From the NCBI GenBank assembly GCA_963776275.1, contig CAVZMI010000032.1, positions 56,359 through 120,358 of the forward strand: a stretch of 64,000 nt of DNA. The letters run 5' to 3'. Of the stretch, positions 22,119-31,223 are shown in pieces; the first letter of the stretch is position 1, and every line of letters starts with the position of its first letter. The position numbers and the translations under genes are program-made. The notes beneath the pieces were generated by a model that saw only the letters and a program-made list of their open reading frames with translations, did no database searches and was not told the DNA's origin. Source of the stretch: Ignavibacteriota bacterium. GTDB taxonomy: Bacteria > Bacteroidota > Ignavibacteria > UBA10030 > CAVZMI01.

Positions 22119-22176
22119 TATGTTTCCCAAAGCCGTGTTTGGAATATTGGGTGGAGCAATATAGTTATCGTTAGCC
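22119..22176 (+). mobile_element. attI-like site, copy 1
   Basis: TATGTTTCCCAAAGCCGTGTTTGGAATATTGGGTGGAGCAATATAGTTATCG|TTAGCC; similarity between copies ends at the GTTAGCC core. Confidence 0.7.
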
Positions 22177-22199
22177 ACTATAATTATTAAAGTTAAAAT

Positions 22200-23093
22200 A
22201 TGATTAATAGCATTTTAAAAGTATTAAAAAATATTCTAAAATTTTATTTTGATATTTGTTTAATAATTATGTCGGTTATTATTATATCAATCATTTTTAC
22301 CCATCTCTTTCACTCTTTATTATCTACGGGTAAATATCTAAAATCCATCTTCATAATATGGATAATTCTTTTACCGATTTTAATAATTTTATATTATCTT
22401 ATTACAAAATCTAAAAATTTTGATACGTTGGGTTTTAGAATTCTAAAATTAAATAATAATAAGAAATACGCCATTAGAAATTTTTTCGTTATTACTGCTT
22501 TCACAATATCATTGATATTTCTATTCCAATTATATTATGTAAATGTCTATTTCGTACCTGTAATGTGTTCAGCAAAACCAAATTTATTTGAAGGTGATTA
22601 TTTAATGGTCGATAGGTTTTGGGTAAGAAATAATTCTCCTTCTCGTGGTGAAGTAATTGGATTTAAAACTCAAAAAATGAATTTTGATCTTGTCAAAAGA
22701 TGTGTAGCTTTTGGTGGAGATACAATAGAAATAAAGCAAGGAATTGTATTAATCAACAACGAACCAGAAGGCAAACTGATATATTTGAAAAATGCATATG
22801 ATTTCGTTGAACAGGAAGAATTGGAATATTATAAGATAATCAAAAAAAATGGTTTTGAGCATCTAGTTTGTTATCGACCAAATGGTTATTTTCGCAAGGA
22901 ACATTTTGGTCCAATCGTTATCCCGGAAAATCATTATTTTCTTTTAGGGGATAATAGAGATAATAGTGGTGATAGTAGGTATTATGGCTCTTTTCCTAAA
23001 AATGAAATGTTTTGTAAAGCAGGATTTGTATATTTTTCAATTGACCCAATAACTAAAAAAATACGATGGTCAAGAATTGGGATAACAATTTAA
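22200..23093 (+). CDS. Signal peptidase I-like protein in an integron cassette (AT-rich)
   Basis: KPNLFEGDYLMVDR, LVKRCVAFGGDTI and LLGDNRDNSGDSRYYG motifs. Cassette bounded by GTTAGCCACTA (22170) and TAGGCGGCTAAC (23117). Confidence 0.85.
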   Translation: MINSILKVLKNILKFYFDICLIIMSVIIISIIFTHLFHSLLSTGKYLKSIFIIWIILLPILIILYYLITKSKNFDTLGFRILKLNNNKKYAIRNFFVITAFTISLIFLFQLYYVNVYFVPVMCSAKPNLFEGDYLMVDRFWVRNNSPSRGEVIGFKTQKMNFDLVKRCVAFGGDTIEIKQGIVLINNEPEGKLIYLKNAYDFVEQEELEYYKIIKKNGFEHLVCYRPNGYFRKEHFGPIVIPENHYFLLGDNRDNSGDSRYYGSFPKNEMFCKAGFVYFSIDPITKKIRWSRIGITI

Positions 23094-23250
23094 GTAATTA
23101 TAAAATAGGCGGCTAACAAAAGTATTGATTTTTTGTGTCGGCGGGTAAGCGTGGTACATTAAGCATGGCTGGCAGAGATCTCGTGAAAACTGTAAAGCAA
23201 TCTACCATATTTCGATAGATATAGTTAAAATGATTTTTAATTTCGGGTGT

Positions 23251-23317
23251 CTTATGTGTTTCCCAAAGCCATGTTTGGAATATTAGGTGGATCGATATAA
23301 ATTAATTATTGTTAGCC
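23251..23317 (+). mobile_element. attI-like site, copy 2
   Basis: TGTTTCCCAAAGCCATGTTTGGAATATTAGGTGGATCGATATAAATTAATTATTG|TTAGCC (5 nt longer than copies 1 and 3). Confidence 0.7.
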
Positions 23318-23320
23318 GTC

Positions 23321-24046
23321 ATGTCAACTACACATAGTCCCGTAGAATGCGGGGATTGCGGGAGCGCAATCGATGTGAGCGCAGACCCTCCTGAGGGACG
23401 AGCCCCTTGCCCGAAATGCGGAAGCAAGAAACGCGCATACTATGCCACAATGGCAAATGCACAACCAACAGACTACATGCTTGACCACTTCGTCGCGCAC
23501 AAGCTTTCGCAACTCACTGAGTGCGGGGCGGCTGAACTGCCTGAGAAATCGTCTTGGTTGAATGCCTTCATTCTCAATAACCTCTTCATGGTCAACTTCC
23601 CCCTGAAGACACGCGCGTACCTGTTCAACTTCCTCAGGCGTGCTGAAGGAGCACTTTCGGGCTATCGCGAGGCGCGTCTCGCGCTGATTAACTACGTCAA
23701 TACACCACGCAGCACCATCTACCCATATTTCAAGGCACTCTCGCTATTCGAGATCTGTGTCTCGCAGTGCTACCAGGGATACGAGCTCCTCGCTACTGCA
23801 TCTGGTGAGAGGTTCTTCGAGCAGGGCGATGGAAGCGCCGCAGAACGGCTTCAAAAGCTCTATGTAGATTCCAAGCACATGGATTGCATGATTGATGGCG
23901 AAAAAGTACCATTAGAAGCAACAGTTCCCCTATGGATCACTAATTCTGGACTTGAGAGCGGTAGGGCCGCGCTCTCATTTCTGGAACTGGAAGAGATACT
24001 GCTCAACATGTACACATTAGCGGAAAAGGTTTCTATGCTTGACTAG
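23321..24046 (+). CDS. Hypothetical cassette protein with N-terminal CxxC...CxxC zinc ribbon
   Basis: ATG 10 nt after the core G at 23311; CGDCG and CPKCGS motifs. Confidence 0.7.
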   Translation: MSTTHSPVECGDCGSAIDVSADPPEGRAPCPKCGSKKRAYYATMANAQPTDYMLDHFVAHKLSQLTECGAAELPEKSSWLNAFILNNLFMVNFPLKTRAYLFNFLRRAEGALSGYREARLALINYVNTPRSTIYPYFKALSLFEICVSQCYQGYELLATASGERFFEQGDGSAAERLQKLYVDSKHMDCMIDGEKVPLEATVPLWITNSGLESGRAALSFLELEEILLNMYTLAEKVSMLD

Positions 24047-24052
24047 TACGCA

Positions 24053-24160
24053 GATCAAATGCGTGAGGTAATTCGATCACGCCATTACAGCTACAAGAGT
24101 GAAGAAGCCCATGTTCTCAACCTTGGCCCGGCCGGTGTCCGCAATCGAATCGATACCCTT
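24053..24160 (+). pseudogene. intI: Integron integrase remnant: N-terminus fused in frame to extreme C-terminus
   Basis: Translates DQMREVIRSRHYSYKSEEA|HVLNLGPAGVRNRIDTL. This matches the IntI N-terminus (DQxRxxIRxxHYSxxTExAY) and C-terminus (THVLxxGxxGVRSPLD). Confidence 0.8.
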
Positions 24161-24217
24161 ATGTTTCCCAAAAACGTGTTTGGAATATTATGTGGATCAA
24201 TATAATTACCGTTAGCC
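24158..24217 (+). mobile_element. attI-like site, copy 3 (immediately 3' of intI remnant)
   Basis: CTTATGTTTCCCAAAAACGTGTTTGGAATATTATGTGGATCAATATAATTACCG|TTAGCCC. Confidence 0.75.
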
Positions 24218-24242
24218 CGTTTGTCGCTATAACAAATCGGAG

Positions 24243-24437
24243 ATGCCCAATATGAGCATGCAATCAGTTAAAAAAAGCAAATGGCTATACCCTCTCCTTT
24301 ATGTTGCCTTTTTCATTATCAGTATGTTACCGCCTTATACAGAAAAGCCATATGCTCCACAAGATACACAGAATGTGATTTGTTGTTATTTCTGTATATG
24401 CCTTCATATTACCGCGAATATACAAGAAGCGGGCTAA
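24243..24437 (+). pseudogene. Short, probably deleted cassette ORF (membrane-protein N-terminus)
   Basis: 64-aa ORF whose stop lies in the inverse core GGCTAAC; cassette ends are complementary (GTTAGCCCG / CGGGCTAAC). Confidence 0.5.
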
Positions 24438-24501
24438 CATTCGGCTCGACAGCGCATGAAAAAGCGTTCCGCTTTTTCATCGAGTCAGGCTTTTGTTAAG
24501 C
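24432..24501 (+). mobile_element. attC site (70 bp)
   Basis: R'' GGCTAAC, L'' GCTCGAC, perfect ATGAAAAAGCG-TTC-CGCTTTTTCAT stem, L' GTCAGGC, R' GTTAAGC. Confidence 0.85.
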
Positions 24502-24541
24502 GCTCGCACATTAGGTTCGACCCATTAGAAGAGGACATACA

Positions 24542-25174
24542 ATGCGAAAAATCGAAATAGCGACAATAGGTGTTTTATTTGGTGCAGTACCCATCATCAT
24601 TTGTTTTCTCGCAGGGTGGTGGATCAGCATCCCTCTTGTTCCTGAATCATGGATATTCCTATGCGCTCTAACGGGTTTTCTTGTTGGAGTACTTGTCGAT
24701 GTTCTTTTTCTAAAAACGTGGGTTCGACATGCCTATTCGATGAAACCTATAGTCTGGATGATGATTTATCTGTTCTATTCCATTGGGATGTTCGGTTTCT
24801 TCATGGGAGTTCCGGTTTTCAATGTAGCGCTTGCCTTGCCTGCTGGTTTTTTCATCGGGGGATGGCTGGTTCATAGCGGTGCAGATTCCACACGCATGAA
24901 GAAGGTAGCGCGACATTGCGCTATATTCACTACAAGTGTCCTAGCACTTATTTGCATCGCATCAGCCGCAATTGCTCTGGCCAGTTCCTCCACAGCTTCC
25001 GATCTTCAAAAAATGTTCGGTCTTTCAGTTCAGGTTACACCCGCGATGATCATTGGCATCATCTTGGGCGGAGGCATCTTCATCCTTATTCTTCAATGGT
25101 GGCTCACATTCAAGTCTGTAGAGCGAGCGTATAGATATTTTTTTGCACGTGTCAGTCCGTCAACGTTCACATGA
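24542..25174 (+). CDS. Hypothetical integral membrane cassette protein
   Basis: Multi-TM, GFFMGVPVFN motif; cassette bounded by GTTAAGCGCTC (24495) and GAGCGCTAAC (25203-25212). Confidence 0.75.
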   Translation: MRKIEIATIGVLFGAVPIIICFLAGWWISIPLVPESWIFLCALTGFLVGVLVDVLFLKTWVRHAYSMKPIVWMMIYLFYSIGMFGFFMGVPVFNVALALPAGFFIGGWLVHSGADSTRMKKVARHCAIFTTSVLALICIASAAIALASSSTASDLQKMFGLSVQVTPAMIIGIILGGGIFILILQWWLTFKSVERAYRYFFARVSPSTFT

Positions 25175-25230
25175 AGTATATCATAGTTTGTATATAGTTA
25201 CCGAGCGCTAACCAGCGGCTCCTCGGTAAA

Positions 25231-25305
25231 TCCCACTGGACCCCACAATCCCACATAAAACGTGGGACGAGTACAACACGAGAATGTGGGACGTAGTGCA
25301 ACATT
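25231..25305. repeat. Nested CCCAC..GTGGG hairpin mini-elements interrupting an attC
   Basis: CCCCACAA[TCCCACATAAAACGTGGGACGAGTACAACACGA]GAATGTGGGACGTAGTGCAACA just after R''/L'' of an attC. Confidence 0.6.
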
Positions 25306-25333
25306 GCATGACAATTAATCGGAGATTAAAGGG

Positions 25334-25792
25334 ATGGAAATTAGAGATGCCATATTTAATGATCTTCCTTCAATATTAAAGCTACAAAAGTTGTGTTATC
25401 GGGAAAATGCGGAACGATATAACGACTATCAAATACCACCAATGATTCAGACAATTAATGATTTAGAAGATGAATTTAATTATAATGTAATATTAAAAGC
25501 TGAAGATCAATCTAAAATAATTGGCAGTCTAAGAGCATATGAAAAAAATGGTATTTGTTACATCGGGAGAGTTATTGTTCATCCCGACTACCAAAACAAA
25601 GGAATTGGAACAAAATTGATGATAGAGATTGAAAGAAGATTCCCCAATGTTTCAAAATATGAATTATTTACTGGATATAAAGACGAAAAAAATATTTACT
25701 TCTATGGTAAATTGGGCTATAAGATTTTTAAGGAAGAAAACCTTGGCTATAAGATAAAACTTGTTTTCCTGGAAAAAATAAGAATAGGATGA
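25334..25792 (+). CDS. GNAT family N-acetyltransferase
   Basis: VHPDYQNKGIGTKL and NIYFYGKLGY motifs. Confidence 0.9.
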   Translation: MEIRDAIFNDLPSILKLQKLCYRENAERYNDYQIPPMIQTINDLEDEFNYNVILKAEDQSKIIGSLRAYEKNGICYIGRVIVHPDYQNKGIGTKLMIEIERRFPNVSKYELFTGYKDEKNIYFYGKLGYKIFKEENLGYKIKLVFLEKIRIG

Positions 25793-25796
25793 AATC

Positions 25797-26384
25797 ATGA
25801 AACAGATTGTCACAAAGGAAGCCCTCAAGGATTTGTCGTCTGATAATCCGAGAATAAAATACAAACGGGTCAAAAATCTCCTGACGATTGCCGGGAAGAA
25901 CCCGGAACAACTCTACCCACATCTCCCCTTCTTTGTCAAACTTCTCAAGAGCGAGAACAACATTTTAAAGTGGATGGCAATCGACATCATTGGATCTCTA
26001 TCCAGGGTCGATACGGCGAAGAGAATCGATGGATTGCTGACGACTCTCTTTGGATTCCTTCGAGCCGGGAAAATGATTACTGCGAACCATGCAATCGCCG
26101 CCCTGTCTGCCATCGCTTCAGCTAAACCATATTATCAGAAGAAAGTGACACAGGAGCTTTTAAAAGTCGAGCAATATACGTACGACACAGATGAGTGTCA
26201 TAATATAGCCCTCGGGAAAGTCATTGTGGAAATAAATTCGTATTTTAAAGAACTGAAGCAGAATGATCAGGTCGTGGAATTCGTCAGCAGGCAGATAAAT
26301 AATTCGCGTGCCGCAACAAGGAAAAAAGCTGAGAATTTCTTAAAAATTCATAAAAACCAACCAACGAAGGAGAATAAACAATGA
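25797..26384 (+). CDS. Hypothetical HEAT/ARM-repeat-like protein
   Basis: Helical protein; PEQLYPHLPFFVKLLKSENNILKW pattern. Confidence 0.55.
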   Translation: MKQIVTKEALKDLSSDNPRIKYKRVKNLLTIAGKNPEQLYPHLPFFVKLLKSENNILKWMAIDIIGSLSRVDTAKRIDGLLTTLFGFLRAGKMITANHAIAALSAIASAKPYYQKKVTQELLKVEQYTYDTDECHNIALGKVIVEINSYFKELKQNDQVVEFVSRQINNSRAATRKKAENFLKIHKNQPTKENKQ

Positions 26385-26765
26385 AATCGATTAAATTGGT
26401 TTTCCTCTACGGATTTCTCATCTGGCTAATACCCTTCATCGTATCGTTCATTATATTCCCGATTCATGAGAATGACCGTACGCTGTTCGAATCTATCATG
26501 CCTGTCGTATTGACTATTAGTACAGTTCTGTTTTCAATTCTTTATTTAAAAAAGGTCGAAACTAAATTTTTAAAAGAGGGCATTCTCCTCGGCGTTATCT
26601 GGTTTCTGATAAGCTTCATTATCGACCAGTTTTTGTTCAGCGCAGGTCCCCATGAAAATGAGTTTTATCGACTATATAAAAGATATCGGACTTACTTATT
26701 TGATCATTCCCACCGTCACAATCGGATCCGGTTATCTCCTTGTAATTAGACAGAAACCTCAATAA
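26381..26765 (+). CDS. Four-TM membrane protein, +1 frameshift at ~26650
   Basis: WLIPF and FESIMPV motifs. Removing one C from GGTCCCC gives GPMKMSFIDYIKDIGLTYLIIP...* at 26765. Confidence 0.7.
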
Positions 26766-26774
26766 AATTATATA

Positions 26775-27299
26775 ATGCAGATTGAAAAATTACTATCCGG
26801 CGGCGATCTGCGTTCGATCGGGAAAAGCAATTCTGTTGTTTTGAAAATAAAAAATCAAAACGACTTTGACGAACTTTTTCAATGCTTGTTTCATAAAGAC
26901 AGAATTGTTGTAATGCGCGCGGCCGATGCAATTGAAAAAATAACAATAAAGGATCCTCTGTATCTGGCAAGGCATAAGAAAAAAATACTGGAATTGTGCA
27001 ACACCGCTGACGATAAAGAACTTCAATGGCATCTCGCTCTCATGATTCCAAGGCTGCATCTGACCTATAAAGAACTTGCAAGAATGTGGAATTTACTATC
27101 ACGCTGGGCATCGGATAATAGGGAGAGCAGGATTATGCAGGTGAATTCGATTCAGGGTCTTTTTGAATTATCAAGAGTCCACACTAAATTGATCACCGAC
27201 TTCAATATGATTCTTTCCAACATTGAACGGCAAAATATACCCTCCATCGCGGCAAGAATAAGAAAATTGAAGAAGTCGTTCGGTCGAATCAATCCATGA
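26775..27299 (+). CDS. Hypothetical HEAT-repeat-like protein
   Basis: GGDLRSIG, VMRAADAIEKIT and ELQWHLA motifs. Confidence 0.6.
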   Translation: MQIEKLLSGGDLRSIGKSNSVVLKIKNQNDFDELFQCLFHKDRIVVMRAADAIEKITIKDPLYLARHKKKILELCNTADDKELQWHLALMIPRLHLTYKELARMWNLLSRWASDNRESRIMQVNSIQGLFELSRVHTKLITDFNMILSNIERQNIPSIAARIRKLKKSFGRINP

Positions 27300-27454
27300 C
27301 ATCTTCCGTATAATCGATATGGCATGCGACGATCAAATATCGTATATTATTGAAAATAATCTTCAATAATAGAAAAGTAATTTTCCCCTTTGCGCTTTTA
27401 CTTTTTCCTAAATAACGTCATTATACCATTGTCTCACAGTCGGAACATATCGGA

Positions 27455-28597
27455 ATGAAACGATTCATACTTTTAATCTTGCTATTTGTTGCTGTTGGCA
27501 GCACTTCATGTAAGGAAGACACAGCCGGTTCCGATGAGAACCAGCCACCGGCAAATTACAACTCGGCACTTGCAACGCTTCTCGATTCGCTCAGGAATGT
27601 ATATAATCTTCCCGCCCTCGCCGGTGCCATTGTAACAGATACGGGTGTGATCGATGCGCAGGCAGTCGGCTGCAGACGATACGCCGGGCCGGCAAATGTA
27701 ACTGTAAACGACCAATTCCACCTCGGTTCGAATACCAAAGCCATCACTGCAGTCCTCTTGGGAATTCTTGTCGACAGCACTCTTCTCGGCTGGGATTCGA
27801 CATTGCCGTCGATATTTCCAGAGTATGCAGAAACAATGCGAACTGAATACCGCTCTGTCACAGTACGCGATATCCTTTCTCACAGCGCAGGATTCATCCG
27901 TGATCCATCCCTGACGCTTACTACACAAACACTAAGGGATCAGCGTGCGGAAGTCGTCGCTTGGGCTCTTAAACAACCCCCCGCAAACGTGCGCGGACAA
28001 TATCTCTACAGTAATCTCGGGTACATTATTGCCGGAGCTATCGCGGAAAAGTTGACGAATCGTCCGTACGAGGATCTTCTCATGGAACGGGTTCTCCAGC
28101 CTCTCGGAATAACCACGGCTGGTTTCGGCCCCATGGGAACGGTCGGACTCGAAGATCAACCGCTTCAGCATACACCTCAGTACATACCTCTTCAACCCGA
28201 AGCGGCCGCAGATAACCCTCCAATATATAATTCTGCGGGGAGGCTTCATATGTCGGTTGGTGACTGGGGCCGGTACATACAATGGGTACTGGCATGTGAG
28301 GCTGGACATCCCACGCTGCTTCGTCCTGAAACCGCACACACTCTGACTACGGGGGTAGTACCGATGCCCGGAGAGGGTTCGTATGCATTCGGGTGGGTAA
28401 TTGTCGACCGGCAGTGGGCCGGCGGGCGCACACTCACACATACAGGGAGCAATGGGCTGAACTTCGCGGTCGCATGGCTCGCCCCGAATCGAAGATTCGC
28501 GGTCCTTGCTGAAACGAATATCTGCACCAGCACGACACCCGGCTCGATGGACGCCGTCGTCGGCCGGATGATTATGTTCCATTTGAACGGACACTAG
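27455..28597 (+). CDS. Serine hydrolase (beta-lactamase class C/PBP-like fold) lipoprotein
   Basis: Lipobox STSC; SNTK, YSNLGY and HTGSNG motifs. Confidence 0.85.
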   Translation: MKRFILLILLFVAVGSTSCKEDTAGSDENQPPANYNSALATLLDSLRNVYNLPALAGAIVTDTGVIDAQAVGCRRYAGPANVTVNDQFHLGSNTKAITAVLLGILVDSTLLGWDSTLPSIFPEYAETMRTEYRSVTVRDILSHSAGFIRDPSLTLTTQTLRDQRAEVVAWALKQPPANVRGQYLYSNLGYIIAGAIAEKLTNRPYEDLLMERVLQPLGITTAGFGPMGTVGLEDQPLQHTPQYIPLQPEAAADNPPIYNSAGRLHMSVGDWGRYIQWVLACEAGHPTLLRPETAHTLTTGVVPMPGEGSYAFGWVIVDRQWAGGRTLTHTGSNGLNFAVAWLAPNRRFAVLAETNICTSTTPGSMDAVVGRMIMFHLNGH

Positions 28598-28603
28598 GAC
28601 ACG

Positions 28604-29410
28604 ATGAGCAGCGAAAACTTTTCAACGATAGCCCAACGATATAGAGAGACTTCGATAATCCAGAAGTCTGCAGCAGAAACATTATTTTCATTACTGGATC
28701 TCAAGGATGGTGAAAGTGTTTTGGATATCGGCTGCGGAACCGGAAACCTGACAAAAAAGATTTTCGATATCACTCATGGAAGAACCGTCGGCATCGATCC
28801 TTCAAAAGGTATGATCGATGAATCGATAAAATCTTACGGTAATATCATGGAATTCCGGATGATGAGGGCAGAGGATCTTGACTTTAAAAATGAATTTGAT
28901 GCGGTCTTCTGCAATTCTACCTTTCAATGGATTCGGGATGTCGATAAAGTCACAGCCAATTTCTATCGCGCACTCAAAAAGGAAGGACGTATAGGAATTC
29001 AGGCTCCGGGGAGAAGGCAATATTGTCCGAATTTCATCGCGGCTGTTTCAGAAGTACTTAAAAATCCCGGCACAAGAGAGTATTTTCGGAATTTTAAACA
29101 TCCCTGGTTTTTTCGCGATACCGCCGACGAGTACTCACAATACTTCCTCAGACAGGGATTTCACATTGCTTTGAGTGAAATACAAACAATGGAAACATAC
29201 CACAGTCCTGAAGAGATATATGAGATATTTGCATCGGGTGCGATTGCAGGATACCTGAATAAAGAGTATTACCCGGATGGATTCGACGAGTCATATAAAA
29301 AAGAATTTGAACGAATCGTGAAAGACTCATTCTATAAGCAGGCCGGCAGTGATGGAAAGGTAAAATTAGTATTTAATAGAATATTTTTAATCGCCGAAAA
29401 AACTGCATGA
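28604..29410 (+). CDS. Class I SAM-dependent methyltransferase (Tam/BioC-like)
   Basis: VLDIGCGTG and FDAVFCNSTFQW motifs. Confidence 0.85.
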   Translation: MSSENFSTIAQRYRETSIIQKSAAETLFSLLDLKDGESVLDIGCGTGNLTKKIFDITHGRTVGIDPSKGMIDESIKSYGNIMEFRMMRAEDLDFKNEFDAVFCNSTFQWIRDVDKVTANFYRALKKEGRIGIQAPGRRQYCPNFIAAVSEVLKNPGTREYFRNFKHPWFFRDTADEYSQYFLRQGFHIALSEIQTMETYHSPEEIYEIFASGAIAGYLNKEYYPDGFDESYKKEFERIVKDSFYKQAGSDGKVKLVFNRIFLIAEKTA

Positions 29411-29490
29411 AAAGAATATTTGTCGCTATAGTTATATCTGCACTATCCGTTGAAAAATAACATAATACATTTTATCAACAGGATGGCAAA

Positions 29491-30645
29491 ATGAAACTAT
29501 CGAAAGCCATGATAGAACTATTCATCGTCGTTTCGCTACTTATCACAGCCGCTGCATTATGCTTTGGACAGCAAAAGAATATCAATTCTTCCGGCTTCGA
29601 AATTCACAGAGGCGTCAACCTGAGCCATTGGCTGTCGCAATGTTTAGGGTGGTCGCCCAGGGAGACTTTTATCACAGAGAAGGATATACAATTTATCGAC
29701 AGCATGGGCTACGACCATGTGCGAATACCTATCGATGAAACCGAGATGTGGACAAGCGACGGAAAGCCGATAGAAGAATCATTCACATATCTCACCCGCT
29801 GCCTCGACTGGTGCGCGAAACACAATTTAAGGGCTATTGTCGATCTTCATATCCTGAAATCGCATAATTTCAACGCCGATAATGAAGGCGGGGAAAATAT
29901 ATTATGGACAGACTCTTCAGCACAGCACAATTTCATCAAACTCTGGAATGACATTTCGGATTACCTGAAAAATTATCCTGTCAACATGGTTGCCTATGAG
30001 CTTATGAACGAGGCGGTTGCGCCTAACCATGAAGACTGGAACAGGTTGATTGCCAAAGCTGTAAAGGTGATCCGCATACTTGAACCCAATCGTGTTCTTA
30101 TCATCGGATCGAATAGATGGCAAAGACCCGAATTTTTCCCGCAGTTAAAAGTGCCTGAGAATGATAAAAATATTATCCTCAGTCTGCACACATATTCGCC
30201 AATTCATTTTACACACAATCGGGCCGACTGGACATCCTTCAAATTATACACCGGGCCTGCACACTATCCCGGCCAGGTTGTTGCCGACGCCGATTATAAA
30301 AAATATGTCGACACAAATAATTTAGCTCTTGTGCATGGAATGGACGGATCGGTCCAGGTATTCGATAAAAAGAGGCTTACAGAAGAACTGCTGCCTGCTG
30401 TACAGAAAGCCAAGGAACTCAATCTTCAGCTTTACTGCGGTGAATTTGGATGCCTTCCTCATGTCGACAGAACTGAAAGGTTGAAATACTACAACGATAT
30501 CGTCTCGGCATTCGAAGAGAACAATATCGCCTGGTGCAACTGGGAATATAAAGGCGACTTTGGAATATATTCTTTTGACTTTGAGAAAAAAGTCTCCCTC
30601 TCACCCGATTTCGGATTGATCAACATTCTGATGCAAAAGAAATAA
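29491..30645 (+). CDS. GH5 glycoside hydrolase (cellulase family), secreted
   Basis: RGVNLSHWLSQ, YELMNE (acid/base) and GEFG (nucleophile) motifs. Confidence 0.9.
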   Translation: MKLSKAMIELFIVVSLLITAAALCFGQQKNINSSGFEIHRGVNLSHWLSQCLGWSPRETFITEKDIQFIDSMGYDHVRIPIDETEMWTSDGKPIEESFTYLTRCLDWCAKHNLRAIVDLHILKSHNFNADNEGGENILWTDSSAQHNFIKLWNDISDYLKNYPVNMVAYELMNEAVAPNHEDWNRLIAKAVKVIRILEPNRVLIIGSNRWQRPEFFPQLKVPENDKNIILSLHTYSPIHFTHNRADWTSFKLYTGPAHYPGQVVADADYKKYVDTNNLALVHGMDGSVQVFDKKRLTEELLPAVQKAKELNLQLYCGEFGCLPHVDRTERLKYYNDIVSAFEENNIAWCNWEYKGDFGIYSFDFEKKVSLSPDFGLINILMQKK

Positions 30646-30693
30646 TAAACTGCCCCACACCTCACCTGCCGGCTATAAATAGGAGAAAATCTG

Positions 30694-31101
30694 ATGAATG
30701 AAAATTTAAACTCTGCACAGGAAGATTACACGGGTGGTGGGCGGCAAGATCATGAACCTCCGGTCGTCATCGCTTCATATGGCTGGCGCTATCATCATCT
30801 CGGTATACCAACCGATATCCCCCGCCCCGGCGAGCGATTTCTTGAGCAATTCAAGATGTATGTGTCGGGTTTCGAAACAAGTCCTTACGGCATCGAATGG
30901 ATGCGATTCGAGCAGGATAGCCCTGTTTCTGAACTGATCAGAAATGTTCCCCACTTAGCCTTTGAAGTAGACGATCTCGATTTTGCAATAAAGGGTAAAT
31001 ATATACTAACTGAAGCAACCTCTCTCTCCAATGGCATAAGGGTTGCCATGATCATCCATGACGGCGCCCCTATCGAACTCCTTGAATTTCGAAAGGGCTG
31101 A
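30694..31101 (+). CDS. VOC/glyoxalase-like protein
   Basis: YHHLGIPT, PHLAFEVDDL and GAPIELLE motifs. Confidence 0.7.
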   Translation: MNENLNSAQEDYTGGGRQDHEPPVVIASYGWRYHHLGIPTDIPRPGERFLEQFKMYVSGFETSPYGIEWMRFEQDSPVSELIRNVPHLAFEVDDLDFAIKGKYILTEATSLSNGIRVAMIIHDGAPIELLEFRKG

Positions 31102-31223
31102 CAATCATTGCTTTTACACACAAGAATAATTAATTTTTATAGATCGGGACGTTTGAAAAACTCTGTTTATATATTTTCTATGGACACACTTGAGCCGGCG
31201 GTCTGAAACAACCTGTATTTTCT

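Noticed and set aside
22119-24217. Three ~50-bp repeats as a CRISPR array
   Set aside because: Spacing is ~0.9-1.1 kb with whole genes in between, there are no cas genes, and the repeats end at integron GTTAG cores.
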